A stretch of DNA of 64,000 nucleotides from an uncultured Rhodospirillaceae bacterium (lineage in GTDB: Bacteria > Pseudomonadota > Alphaproteobacteria > UBA8366 > GCA-2717185). Location of the stretch: contig CAYYUG010000008.1 of NCBI GenBank assembly GCA_964474755.1, positions 13,360 through 77,359 on the forward strand, given 5' to 3'. Position numbers and translations under genes: made by a program. The notes under the pieces are model-generated. The model worked only from the letters and a program-made list of their open reading frames with translations, was not told the origin of the DNA and did not search any database. Shown one piece after another: positions 28,149-37,547 of this stretch (its first letter is position 1; every line of letters begins with the position of its first letter).

Positions 28149-28961
28149 TCACCCAATACGATTAATCCGAGCCTCGGTCGCAACCTTCCTATCCCTGGCG
28201 AGGCAGATCGAGGTCCAAGTCTCGTCTCCATCGTCGACGCAGAGCGACAACCGGTCATCCCAAAAAATCGGTCGGCGGAAATAAATCTCTAGGTCGACAT
28301 TTTGCGGATTGAACTCGCGCCAGATCGCCGCTGTGAGATAGTGCACACCCATACCGCCACCAATGATTGGTGCACGAAAACCACCTGCCTTGGCAGCGGC
28401 CAGGTCGTAATGGATTGGATTGCCGGTCGACCGGTAGCCTGTCACCCGCTCCGGCGTCATTTCGACTTCGCCAATGTGGCGCAGGGCCATGGGATCTTCG
28501 ATGACGGGCGGTGGCCGGTCGCCAGCACCGCGTGCATCCAACTTGGCTGGATCCGGCCGCAGCGAGCGCCGCCTTGCTGTCAGTGCCAAATCACCATCTG
28601 CTCCAGTGAAATGGACCTCGCTGGTCACAGCCTGGCCTCGCGGCACCTCCTCAACGTTGGTCACTCTGCCGGTAATCCGGATTTCAGTATCCAACTTCAG
28701 CGGCGCGTATTGCTCCAGTTTTTGAACCATGTTGACATTGCCATCCGCGGTGATGCCGCTTTCAACGCCAGCATGAATGGCAATTCCGATAAAAAAGGAC
28801 GGGTCGGCCACGTCGCCAAAGTCCGACGGATCGATACCGCAAACAGATAGCGCGCGCACCTGCTCGGAGCGCGGCACCATCGTTGTTTGCGGCCGATATT
28901 CGAACCCCTTATAGGGCACGATCCATTCAATATCGGCTGATTGTTCCCACATAATCTTCAC
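28149..28961 (-). CDS. MaoC-like / double hot-dog fold protein (acyl dehydratase family)
   Basis: 270-aa ORF. The second half (GNPIHYDLAAAKAGGFRAPIIGGGMGVHYL) fits the MaoC dehydratase motif. Its start overlaps the upstream LLM stop by 4 nt. Confidence 0.65.
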   Translation of the reverse strand: MKIMWEQSADIEWIVPYKGFEYRPQTTMVPRSEQVRALSVCGIDPSDFGDVADPSFFIGIAIHAGVESGITADGNVNMVQKLEQYAPLKLDTEIRITGRVTNVEEVPRGQAVTSEVHFTGADGDLALTARRRSLRPDPAKLDARGAGDRPPPVIEDPMALRHIGEVEMTPERVTGYRSTGNPIHYDLAAAKAGGFRAPIIGGGMGVHYLTAAIWREFNPQNVDLEIYFRRPIFWDDRLSLCVDDGDETWTSICLARDRKVATEARINRIG

Positions 28962-29827
28962 ACGTCTCGGTACTTATCGATGATGTCGGCCCACTGTGCC
29001 ACCTCACCAACACTGTTGATGATGCCGGCTACACCAAACATTGGCAGAACAGGCACCAGCAGCCGCGTCACCCCTCGGGCTGCAAGCTCTGGAACCATAT
29101 CGAGGTCTTCCGGCAGGCTTGCGGTGATCTCAATAGCATCCGGGTCACGACCATGTTTATCTGCCGTCTGACGCGCCAAGTCTATCAGTTCCAGCGATGC
29201 CCCACGCGCTGGGAAGAACCCGTTGCCAAGCCGTCCAGCACGCCGTGCCGCCGCCTTAGAATGGCCGCCGACAATGATGGGGATCGACCGGTTGATTGGT
29301 TTGGGTTGGCTGTGCACGGCAGTGAAATTGGTGAATTCACTTGTATATGTCGACTGATCCGTAGCCCACAGTTCCTGCATAGCATAAATGTAATCGTCGG
29401 TTCGCTGACCGCGGTCCCCAAAGGGCACGCCGATTGCGTTGAATTCCTCCTCAAGCCAGCCGACGCCAATGCCCAGGAGTACCCTTCCGCCGGACATTAG
29501 ATCCAACGTAGCGATCTGCTTCGCCGCAACCACCGGGTTACGCTGTGGCACAATCAGGATACCAGTGGCCAGATTGATCTGGCTAGTTGCAGCCGCGGCA
29601 TAGGCCATCCAAATCAGCGGATCCGGAATAGCCATATCGTTCTTACCACCGGCCATCTTACCATCGTCGGAATAGGGATAAGCTGATTTATAGCCCTCCG
29701 GCACGACCACATGATCGACCGTCCACGCCGACTCGAAGCCCGCCGCCTCGCCCGCCTGTAACAGCTCGACCGCGTTTGCCGGATATATGTAACGGCCAGC
29801 ATTGCAGTAGCGAAGTCCGAATTTCAT
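28958..29827 (-). CDS. LLM class oxidoreductase (F420-dependent-type subgroup by similarity; cofactor not determinable here)
   Basis: 289-aa ORF. It has MKFGLRY..., FESAWTVDHVVVP and GGRVLLGIGVGWLEEEF, and ends with the short C-terminus typical of the about-290-aa LLM subgroup. Confidence 0.75.
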   Translation of the reverse strand: MKFGLRYCNAGRYIYPANAVELLQAGEAAGFESAWTVDHVVVPEGYKSAYPYSDDGKMAGGKNDMAIPDPLIWMAYAAAATSQINLATGILIVPQRNPVVAAKQIATLDLMSGGRVLLGIGVGWLEEEFNAIGVPFGDRGQRTDDYIYAMQELWATDQSTYTSEFTNFTAVHSQPKPINRSIPIIVGGHSKAAARRAGRLGNGFFPARGASLELIDLARQTADKHGRDPDAIEITASLPEDLDMVPELAARGVTRLLVPVLPMFGVAGIINSVGEVAQWADIIDKYRDV

Positions 29828-29857
29828 GTAACGATCCTCCCTGTATTCGCGGAGGTA

Positions 29858-31468
29858 CTATAGGGTCTTGGCTTGAAGCGTCCTAGGCTGCTGCCTTTGC
29901 CCTCCTCGTTGGGGCGCCAGATTATTCATCATACGCGCCATGGCCATGGCTGGAATGATCGCGAGGAAGGCCATGATAGCTAGGATCATAAACGCATCCT
30001 GGAAGCCTCTCGTACTAGCCTGAGCCAAGATTACGTCGCTCATAAATTGCAAAGCGGCTGGTTCGCGAGCAACCTCTGGTATGCCGGCCTCAGTAAACAA
30101 GCGGACGATCGCGTCGCGCAGTTCGCGACTAGTCTGGTTGACGCTGGTCTGAAGGGACACAAAGGCGTCGCCGTGGAATGGGATGCGCAGTTCCAGGAAT
30201 ACAATGACCGCGTTCGCGCCGACAGCTCCGCCAAGCTTACGCGTGAAGTTGAGCGAACTTGAACCCTGATGGATCTGGTCCTTCGGCAGTGAGCTCAGTG
30301 CAGTAGCGTTGGTAACGGGTCTCGTGAATGCCGATCCGGCACGCATCACCATGGTGAACATCACGACGGTCCAAAATGGCGTATTGACATCCATGCTGGC
30401 CATAAGCGCAAAGGATAGAGAGTAGGACAGTAGGCCGGCATAGACGAGGTATTGTGGTGGCAGCATGTCCCCGAGACGGCCGGATAGCGGGAATAACACA
30501 AGCATAAGTAAGCCCGACGGTACGAGCAGTAGACCGGAATATAGCGGTGTGAATCCCTGAATTTGCTGCACGAACAGCGGCAACATAATGGTCGAAGACA
30601 GGAATGCGCATTCGGTAAAGAAAGCGATCAACGCCGCTGCAGTGAACTGAAGGTTGGTGAAAAGTTTTAGGTTTACCAGCGGCTCAGCGATGGTGACTTG
30701 TCGGTAGATGAACCCGACGCAACATATTGTACCGACGGTGAAAAGGATAAGGATATCGTTTGACGTCCAGCCAAGCCGCTGTCCGTAGCTGAAGCCGAGT
30801 AGCAAACCAAGCAGTGCCACGGCGAGCAGTGCGACGCCAAGGAAATCAAACTTAGGCAAGAAGCGAGGAATTGGCCGGCTCGGCAAGAAAACTGCACTCA
30901 GCAACATTGCTGCAAAAGCCGAAGGCAGAGTTAGCAGGAATATATAGCGCCAGTTGAAGATATCGATTGCTAATCCGCCCAATGTCGGCCCTAGTGTCGG
31001 CGCAATGACCATGCCAGTGGCAAAGATGCCCATGGACAAGCTCTTACGCCCTTCTGGAAATACGGAGAAGACAACGGCCATGCCGAGTGGTTGCAATATG
31101 CCAGCGGATACTCCCTGCGTAACGCGACCAACGATCAACGTTGCAGTATCAATGGCCAGGCCGCTCATGGCCGCGCCGAGCAGAAACAGGCTTAGGGCCA
31201 CGATATTAGCGATACGTTCGCCAAACGCCTTGATCATCCATGCGCTGAGCAGCATACCCAAGGTTTGTGAAGCGAAATAGCCGGTCGATAACAGTTGCGC
31301 CTGATCGCGGCCCAGTCCGAATGCGCCCATCAGATCAGGGAAGGCGACGTTCACCGTCGTGCTCGCAAGTCCTCCCGTCATGGCCCCCATGACACACGTA
31401 ATCGTCGCTAACCACCGATAAGCGGGGCCGTAGCGGCGGAAGAGGGTATCAAAATTCTCTGCGGGCAA
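29858..31468 (-). CDS. MFS transporter, DHA2 (EmrB/QacA-like, 14-span) family
   Basis: 536-aa hydrophobic ORF. The N-terminus has WLATITCVMGAMTGGLASTTVNVAFPDLMGAFG, and the length fits 14-TMS drug:H+ antiporters. Confidence 0.8.
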   Translation of the reverse strand: MPAENFDTLFRRYGPAYRWLATITCVMGAMTGGLASTTVNVAFPDLMGAFGLGRDQAQLLSTGYFASQTLGMLLSAWMIKAFGERIANIVALSLFLLGAAMSGLAIDTATLIVGRVTQGVSAGILQPLGMAVVFSVFPEGRKSLSMGIFATGMVIAPTLGPTLGGLAIDIFNWRYIFLLTLPSAFAAMLLSAVFLPSRPIPRFLPKFDFLGVALLAVALLGLLLGFSYGQRLGWTSNDILILFTVGTICCVGFIYRQVTIAEPLVNLKLFTNLQFTAAALIAFFTECAFLSSTIMLPLFVQQIQGFTPLYSGLLLVPSGLLMLVLFPLSGRLGDMLPPQYLVYAGLLSYSLSFALMASMDVNTPFWTVVMFTMVMRAGSAFTRPVTNATALSSLPKDQIHQGSSSLNFTRKLGGAVGANAVIVFLELRIPFHGDAFVSLQTSVNQTSRELRDAIVRLFTEAGIPEVAREPAALQFMSDVILAQASTRGFQDAFMILAIMAFLAIIPAMAMARMMNNLAPQRGGQRQQPRTLQAKTL

Positions 31469-31612
31469 TGCGGTGCAATTTGTCGTTGGTGATAGGTCTG
31501 ATCTTAAAGACGAACGTCATTTCGGACAAAAGGGGCGCGCGCGCCAGACTTTGCCAGTCATATCGATTGCTATACAATCTGTCTAAATCCCGACCTTCAC
31601 AGGAGTTTAGCC

Positions 31613-33292
31613 ATGCCCGACTCGGCAATTGCGGCTGACGAGTCACTTATTCTGCCCGATCTACTAAGTACCTGCGCCGAAGCGCAGAAATCCGTTGACG
31701 CATTTGCAGAAGCTGCCCGCGCCCGGATGGCCGTGATGGTATCGGTCGATGGTAAGATCAGCGGCGGACGCTTGAACGAAGAACAGTTCGCTGGTCATGG
31801 TCTGTCCTGGATCATGACCTATGCGACTGGTTTGCGGGAACTCCTACATTGGGCCAAACGGCTGGACCAAGTGGGGCAGCGCGGCGAGATCGAAAATCTA
31901 ATACTGCAGGCAGCCTTCGGGGAATACATAAACCAGCTGCAGTCAGGCGTTGCAATTAGCCAGGGTGAGATTGTCCGGCCGGGCGACATGGGAATGAAAG
32001 ATCCAGACACGGCAACCCTGTCAATGGGCGCGGCGGGGCTATTGGTTAAGGAAGGCAACACCAACAAGGTGCGTATGCGGATTGCCGCACTAATCGAAGC
32101 GGGTGAATTCGGCAATCCCGGTTATGGTGACGAAATGCTGGAGATGATCGCCGATCAATTCCATCGTTTCGCCGACGAACAGATCATCCCGCACGCTCAT
32201 GACTGGCACCGCCAGGATCAGCTTATCCCAATCGAATTAATTGGCCAGATGTCGGAGATGGGCGTCTTCGGGCTTACTGTACCGGAAATTTTCGGTGGTC
32301 ACGGGCTCGGCAAGGTAGCCATGTGTATCGTCACGGAAGAGCTATCGCGCGGCTATATCGGCGTCGGCTCGCTGGGCACACGGCCGGAGATCGCCTGCGA
32401 ACTGATTCGGTTAGGCGGCACTGAAGAGCAAAAGAAGTATTGGCTACCGAAGATCGCCTCCGGCGAGATCCTGCCAACCGCCGTGTTCACAGAGCCCGGC
32501 ACCGGCTCAGACTTGGGCAGCCTGAAAACTCGCGCAATCCTTAAGAACGGTACATACAAGGTATACGGAAACAAGACTTGGATCACACACGCAGCTCGCA
32601 CCGACGTCATGACCTTGCTGGCACGAACCAATCCGGACCAACCGGGCTACAAGGGCCTTTCCATGTTTATCGCGCCAAAACCGCGAGGCAGCGACGAAAA
32701 CCCCTTTCCCGCTGTTGGCATGACCGGGGGTGAGATCAACGTGCTTGGCTATAGAGGAATGAAGGAATATGAAATCGCCTTCGACGGGTTCGAAATAACC
32801 CCAGAAAACCTGCTTGGCCAGCAGGAAGGCGAGGGCTTTAAACAGCTTATGGCGACCTTCGAGTCAGCCCGTATCCAGACCGCCGCCCGCTCCGTTGGTG
32901 TCGCACAACGTGCTATGGAACTGGCACTGCAATACGCCACCGACCGGCAACAATTTGGCCAGGCAATCTATAGTTTCCCAAGGGTTGCCGGGAAGGTCGC
33001 GTGGATGGCGGTCGAGACGATGATAGCTCGTCAGCTCAGCTATTTTGCCGCGCGAGAGAAGGATTCTGGCAGGCGCTGCGATATTGAAGCTGGCATGGCC
33101 AAACTGCTGGCTGCCCGCGTCGCCTGGGCCAACGCCGACAATAGCGTCCAGGTACATGGCGGCAACGGCTATGCCGAGGAATTCGAAATCAGTCGGGTAT
33201 TGTGCGATGCTCGCATCCTCAACATATTCGAGGGCGCCGCGGAAATTCAGGCGCATGTCATCGCACGCGGCCTACTGGAACGGCGTAATTGA
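31613..33292 (+). CDS. Acyl-CoA dehydrogenase with about 170-aa N-terminal extension, (2S)-methylsuccinyl-CoA dehydrogenase (Mcd)-like
   Basis: 559-aa ORF after CAGGAG. The C-terminal 380 aa are a canonical ACAD (TEPGTGSDLGSLKTRA, IFEGAAEIQ). The N-terminal extension with AAFGEYINQLQSGVAISQGEI resembles that of Mcd-type enzymes. Confidence 0.6.
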   Translation: MPDSAIAADESLILPDLLSTCAEAQKSVDAFAEAARARMAVMVSVDGKISGGRLNEEQFAGHGLSWIMTYATGLRELLHWAKRLDQVGQRGEIENLILQAAFGEYINQLQSGVAISQGEIVRPGDMGMKDPDTATLSMGAAGLLVKEGNTNKVRMRIAALIEAGEFGNPGYGDEMLEMIADQFHRFADEQIIPHAHDWHRQDQLIPIELIGQMSEMGVFGLTVPEIFGGHGLGKVAMCIVTEELSRGYIGVGSLGTRPEIACELIRLGGTEEQKKYWLPKIASGEILPTAVFTEPGTGSDLGSLKTRAILKNGTYKVYGNKTWITHAARTDVMTLLARTNPDQPGYKGLSMFIAPKPRGSDENPFPAVGMTGGEINVLGYRGMKEYEIAFDGFEITPENLLGQQEGEGFKQLMATFESARIQTAARSVGVAQRAMELALQYATDRQQFGQAIYSFPRVAGKVAWMAVETMIARQLSYFAAREKDSGRRCDIEAGMAKLLAARVAWANADNSVQVHGGNGYAEEFEISRVLCDARILNIFEGAAEIQAHVIARGLLERRN

Positions 33293-33308
33293 CGGAGGGA
33301 GAAAATCA

Positions 33309-33716
33309 ATGAAGATCAAGCGTATCGAACATGTCGCCATAGCGGTGAATGACATTGCAAATTCGATGAAAATGCTTGAAGACACGTTCGATCTCAAACT
33401 CGATTTCGACGAACAGATTGGCCAAACCAAGCTCGCCATGTATCCAGTCGGCGAAACATATATCGAGCTGTTGCAGGCTTTAGGACCAGAATCCGGCACG
33501 TCGAAATGGGTTGAGGAGAAGGGCCAAAGCCTTTACCACCTCTGCTTCGAGGTGGAGGATATCGATGAAGCGCTCGATGAATTGCGCGAAAAGGGTGTCA
33601 AGCTGCTTGACGAGACGCCTCGCACCGGTCACGGCGGTGCCCGCATAGCCTTCCTCAATCCGGAATCGACTGGCAACATTCTAATCGAATTGGCAGAGAT
33701 TCCAGTGGGACACTAG
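33309..33716 (+). CDS. Methylmalonyl-CoA/ethylmalonyl-CoA epimerase (VOC/glyoxalase fold)
   Basis: ORF 33045..33716, with the real start at MKIKRIEHVAIAV (33309) after GGAGGGAG. Metal-ligand pattern: H in IEHVAIAV, H in LYHLCFEV, E in LIELAE. Confidence 0.8.
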   Translation: MKIKRIEHVAIAVNDIANSMKMLEDTFDLKLDFDEQIGQTKLAMYPVGETYIELLQALGPESGTSKWVEEKGQSLYHLCFEVEDIDEALDELREKGVKLLDETPRTGHGGARIAFLNPESTGNILIELAEIPVGH

Positions 33717-33726
33717 GGAGGCTATC

Positions 33727-34557
33727 ATGTTGGCCGCGACAAAATCTGAAACCGTTACCGCACCTGTCACATTCTCTGTCGATACAGGTAAGACCCCGGT
33801 CACCCTGGTTACCAAACCTGGCGTGCCTCAAATTCCCCCTAGCAACGAGTATGAATCGCACGACGTTGACATCGTCAACGCGCGTCCGAATGCCGACCGG
33901 TTCGACCTCGATCGCCAGGGGTTCGCTTTTAAGAAATATGACAGTGCAGTCCAGGATTTTTTCGACGATGACGAGGTCCGTGCTGTCTACTACCCAGAGA
34001 TGGAGCAGTTGGTTGCGCAGGCGGTGGGTGCAGCCAAGGTCATTGTATTTGATCATACAATCCGCCTACAGGACGAAGCGGCGCGGGTCGCGCGGGAGGT
34101 CCGCGGGCCGGTCAATGGTGTGCATAACGATTTTACGGTTAATTCCGCGCGGCACCGAGTACGCGACCTGTTACCGGCGGACGAAGCCGAAGCGCGGCTG
34201 CAAAAGCGATTCGGCTCAATCAATATCTGGCGGCCGTTGCGCGAGCCAGTGCAGAACCGGCATCTCGTAATTTGTGGATATGGCGATATGGATGACGCTA
34301 ATCTGATTGCTTCTGAGAGGCACTATGGCGATCGGATCGGCGGCGTCTATCGACTGACTTATAACCCGGCTCAGCGCTGGCACTATTTCCCTGACATGAT
34401 GTGTAATGAGGTCATCCTGCTGAAATGCTTCGACTCGCTGACCGATGGTACCGCCCGCTGGACGGCGCACGGCTCGTTTAACGACCCGAATGCGCCGGCG
34501 GACGCCGCGGGTCGCGAGAGCATCGAGATCCGGACCCTGTATTTCTTCGATGACTGA
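33727..34557 (+). CDS. CmcJ/NvfI-family oxygenase-like protein
   Basis: 276-aa ORF. The block FDLDRQGFAFKKYDSAVQDFFDDDEVRAVYYPEMEQLVAQAVGAAKVIVFDHTIR matches what I recall of the bacterial CmcJ/NvfI family. Confidence 0.5.
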   Translation: MLAATKSETVTAPVTFSVDTGKTPVTLVTKPGVPQIPPSNEYESHDVDIVNARPNADRFDLDRQGFAFKKYDSAVQDFFDDDEVRAVYYPEMEQLVAQAVGAAKVIVFDHTIRLQDEAARVAREVRGPVNGVHNDFTVNSARHRVRDLLPADEAEARLQKRFGSINIWRPLREPVQNRHLVICGYGDMDDANLIASERHYGDRIGGVYRLTYNPAQRWHYFPDMMCNEVILLKCFDSLTDGTARWTAHGSFNDPNAPADAAGRESIEIRTLYFFDD

Positions 34558-35781
34558 TTAGTTGCCGGCGGAAACGGTTACAACCCGGCCACCACGCAAT
34601 TGCGTCACGCTAGCAACGCAGAGCAAATACATAACTGCGCCCGCGAAGAACACGCCGCGATACTGGCCGCCATCCATCAACCAGCCAAACAGCAGCGGCG
34701 CCAAGGCGCCACCCAGGTCGAGACCGGAATAAACGAACCCGAACACCTTTCCGGTCGCACCTTCCGGCGCTGCAGCCCGAACCAGGATATCGCGGGAGGC
34801 ATGGGTCACACCGCTGCAGAAACCAACGCAGCCGAGTAGCACGATGTTGATCACCATCGGCAGAGCGAAAAATGCGACGGCCGCTATACTGACTGCGCAG
34901 AGGAACAGACCGATGCCGGCAATCAGCGCGTGCCTTTGATAGCGGTCGGCGAGCTCGCCGCCAATCAGGTTACCCACCGCGGAAGCGCCGAGATATGCGG
35001 TCATACCTGCCGTCGCCAACGCTAGGGGTGCTTTGTAAATTTCAATAAACGCTGTGCTGGAAAAGCTTTGAATGCCGATCATCGCCGCAGAGACAAGCGC
35101 AAAATAAGTAAATGCAGCCATCAGGGGTCTACTGAGAATGAGGCTCAGATAGAAGCGTACACCAGGTATCGTTGTCGCTTCGGGCGTCCCCACGGGCATG
35201 CGAAGTACCGCGCGATAGCGGTAAATCAGCGAAGCAGCGACAAGACCTATCAATCCAGCCGTCATCAAGGCGACCCGCCATCCCGCTACGCTGGCAACGC
35301 CGTAAAAAATCACGATAGGAGACAATACGTAGCCGCAGCTTCCAGCAAAACCATGTACTGCGTAGGCCCGTCCCATACGTCGCGGGTCCACTTTAGCGGA
35401 CAGGATAGAAAGGTCCGCCGGGTGGAAGACGCTGTTGCCAACAGCCGCGATCATGGTGAGCGGCAACAACATCCAATAACTCGATACTAACCCCATGAGG
35501 AAGACGCAGATTGCCATCGTGGAGACGCCAAACAGCATCAGCCGATCGCCACCATAGCGGTCCACAAGAACTCCAGCGAAGGACTGACAAATTCCTGATG
35601 TCCCGTACAACACCGTTACGAGCAGGCCCAATTCTGTGTAGCTCACATCGAACTCCGCCTTGAGCAGCGGAAAGAGCGGCGCTAACGAAATCTGATAGAA
35701 ATGCGACATCAGATGCGCGAATCCAACGAGCGCTATAATCAGGCCATCGGAGCGCTCCGGCTGTGAGGTTGCTTCTGCCAT
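34558..35781 (-). CDS. MFS transporter
   Basis: 407-aa hydrophobic ORF with about 12 spans. Its stop codon directly abuts the stop of the convergent gene (34557/34558). Confidence 0.75.
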   Translation of the reverse strand: MAEATSQPERSDGLIIALVGFAHLMSHFYQISLAPLFPLLKAEFDVSYTELGLLVTVLYGTSGICQSFAGVLVDRYGGDRLMLFGVSTMAICVFLMGLVSSYWMLLPLTMIAAVGNSVFHPADLSILSAKVDPRRMGRAYAVHGFAGSCGYVLSPIVIFYGVASVAGWRVALMTAGLIGLVAASLIYRYRAVLRMPVGTPEATTIPGVRFYLSLILSRPLMAAFTYFALVSAAMIGIQSFSSTAFIEIYKAPLALATAGMTAYLGASAVGNLIGGELADRYQRHALIAGIGLFLCAVSIAAVAFFALPMVINIVLLGCVGFCSGVTHASRDILVRAAAPEGATGKVFGFVYSGLDLGGALAPLLFGWLMDGGQYRGVFFAGAVMYLLCVASVTQLRGGRVVTVSAGN

Positions 35782-35793
35782 TAGGTTCGCCCG

Positions 35794-37413
35794 TTATGCG
35801 CCCCGCACCTTAGGCAGCATCAGAAACGGCCAAGGACTTGGAACATCGCCCATAGGAACTTCAATGATCGCCGGCCGCTCCATTGTCAGTGCCTTCTTGA
35901 TGGTACCTTCCAACAGTTCCGGCTTTTCGGCTCGCAGGCCGACGGCGCCAAAACTTTCCGCATATGCGACAAAATCCGGATTAGTCAATTCACTGGCGAT
36001 TACTTTGTTATCATACATCTGCTGCTGAATTCGCCGAACATTGCCGTAGGCTCCGTCGGTGAAAACAATCGTAACCAAGTTAATACCGTGATGAACGGCG
36101 GTCGCAATCTCGTTACCGGTAAACAGGAACCCTCCATCACCAGAGACGGAAACCACAGGCTCGTCCGGTTTCGCGACCTTAACGCCAAGTGCCGTCGCAT
36201 AGCCCCAACCGAGTGTACCCATATAGCCAGAGGAAACGAAGGTGCGCGGCTTATATGTCGGGTAGGCTAGACGGCTGACATATCCAGGCTGTGTCAGCTC
36301 GTCGACATAAATACCATCTTCGCCAAGTGCTTCACGAATTGCCGCGAGCCAATCGATCTGCGGCGTTAAGCCGCCGACCTCTTCCGCGAGCGCATCCGCC
36401 GTCTCCGCGATCCTCTGCCAGCGCTTCCGCTGCACGTTGCGCCCTTCGAGTGCGGAGACGAGCCTGCCAGTTTCCGTCGCGGCATCGCCGATGATCGCAA
36501 TATCTGCCGGAGCAATCCGGATCACCTCCTCCGGATCGATATCAATCCGGAGAACTTTCAGATTGTCGTCGACCCCCCAGCCCTGAAGCTGTGCACTCAG
36601 CCGCGTTCCGATGCCAATGACCAAATCGATCTCCGGCCATAGGCGGTGCCCGAAGGGACCATTTTGTGCCAGCGGATGACGACCATCTAGTACACCTTGC
36701 CCGTTACGGTAACATACAACCGGCGCCTCGAGCCGCTCAGCCAGAGCTTGGACCTCCTTACTAGCACCCTGTGCGCCACCGCCGACGACGATCAGGATAT
36801 GCTCGGATTGATCGATCAGCGCCGCTGCGCCCAAAATATCTTCCTTATCAGCCTGCGGCACCGCGACCGGTTCTGCCGTCTTGATACTTCCTACATCGGC
36901 TTTGTCGTTCCAAACATCCATCGGGACTTCGATGCCGACGGGCCGTGGCCGTCCTGATAGCATCTCCTGGAACGCTGTTGTTAACTGAGACGATGCATCA
37001 ACTGCGGAAGAGATGCGGCCGGACCATTTTGTCAGTCGCGACATGATACCCATTTGGTCCGGCAACTCATGCAGTTGACCATACCCTTTGCCTATCGCTG
37101 ACGTGGCAACCTCGCCCGCGAGACAAAGCACTGGCGCGCCGGTCGCATAGGCTGTTGCCAAGGCCGACGTGGTATTCAAAAACCCTGGTCCAGGCACGAC
37201 AGCGAAGGCTTGTGGTTTGCCAGTCGCCAGTGCAGCGCCGAGTGCCATGTAGGCCACGCCCTGCTCGTGCCGCGCGTTAATCGCCCGGATGCCGCTGTCA
37301 TAGAGAGCAGCGAAAAATGGGTCGTTTTGGATGCCAGGAAGACAGAACAGCGTGCCGACACCGTTTACGGCGAGCCCCTCGACTACGATTTCCGCTGCTG
37401 ATTTCACTGCCAT
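35794..37413 (-). CDS. Thiamine pyrophosphate-dependent enzyme (acetolactate synthase large subunit-like; AruI-type 2-oxoacid decarboxylase-like)
   Basis: 539-aa ORF with N-terminal Pyr domain NARHEQGVAYMALG, the GYGQLHELPDQ block seen in 5-guanidino-2-oxopentanoate decarboxylase-like proteins and the TPP motif GDGGFLFTGNE...TDGAYGNV. Confidence 0.8.
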   Translation of the reverse strand: MAVKSAAEIVVEGLAVNGVGTLFCLPGIQNDPFFAALYDSGIRAINARHEQGVAYMALGAALATGKPQAFAVVPGPGFLNTTSALATAYATGAPVLCLAGEVATSAIGKGYGQLHELPDQMGIMSRLTKWSGRISSAVDASSQLTTAFQEMLSGRPRPVGIEVPMDVWNDKADVGSIKTAEPVAVPQADKEDILGAAALIDQSEHILIVVGGGAQGASKEVQALAERLEAPVVCYRNGQGVLDGRHPLAQNGPFGHRLWPEIDLVIGIGTRLSAQLQGWGVDDNLKVLRIDIDPEEVIRIAPADIAIIGDAATETGRLVSALEGRNVQRKRWQRIAETADALAEEVGGLTPQIDWLAAIREALGEDGIYVDELTQPGYVSRLAYPTYKPRTFVSSGYMGTLGWGYATALGVKVAKPDEPVVSVSGDGGFLFTGNEIATAVHHGINLVTIVFTDGAYGNVRRIQQQMYDNKVIASELTNPDFVAYAESFGAVGLRAEKPELLEGTIKKALTMERPAIIEVPMGDVPSPWPFLMLPKVRGA

Positions 37414-37547
37414 AATTCGAGCCCCCCCTTAATCACGCGGCCTTTGATTCTTCTATACCGCCTGGAACGACACGCACATGCAAGTTTTCGTTGCCGTACC
37501 GGCATATGAGAACGATCATGACGCTCCTAACCGGAAGGAATGACGAT

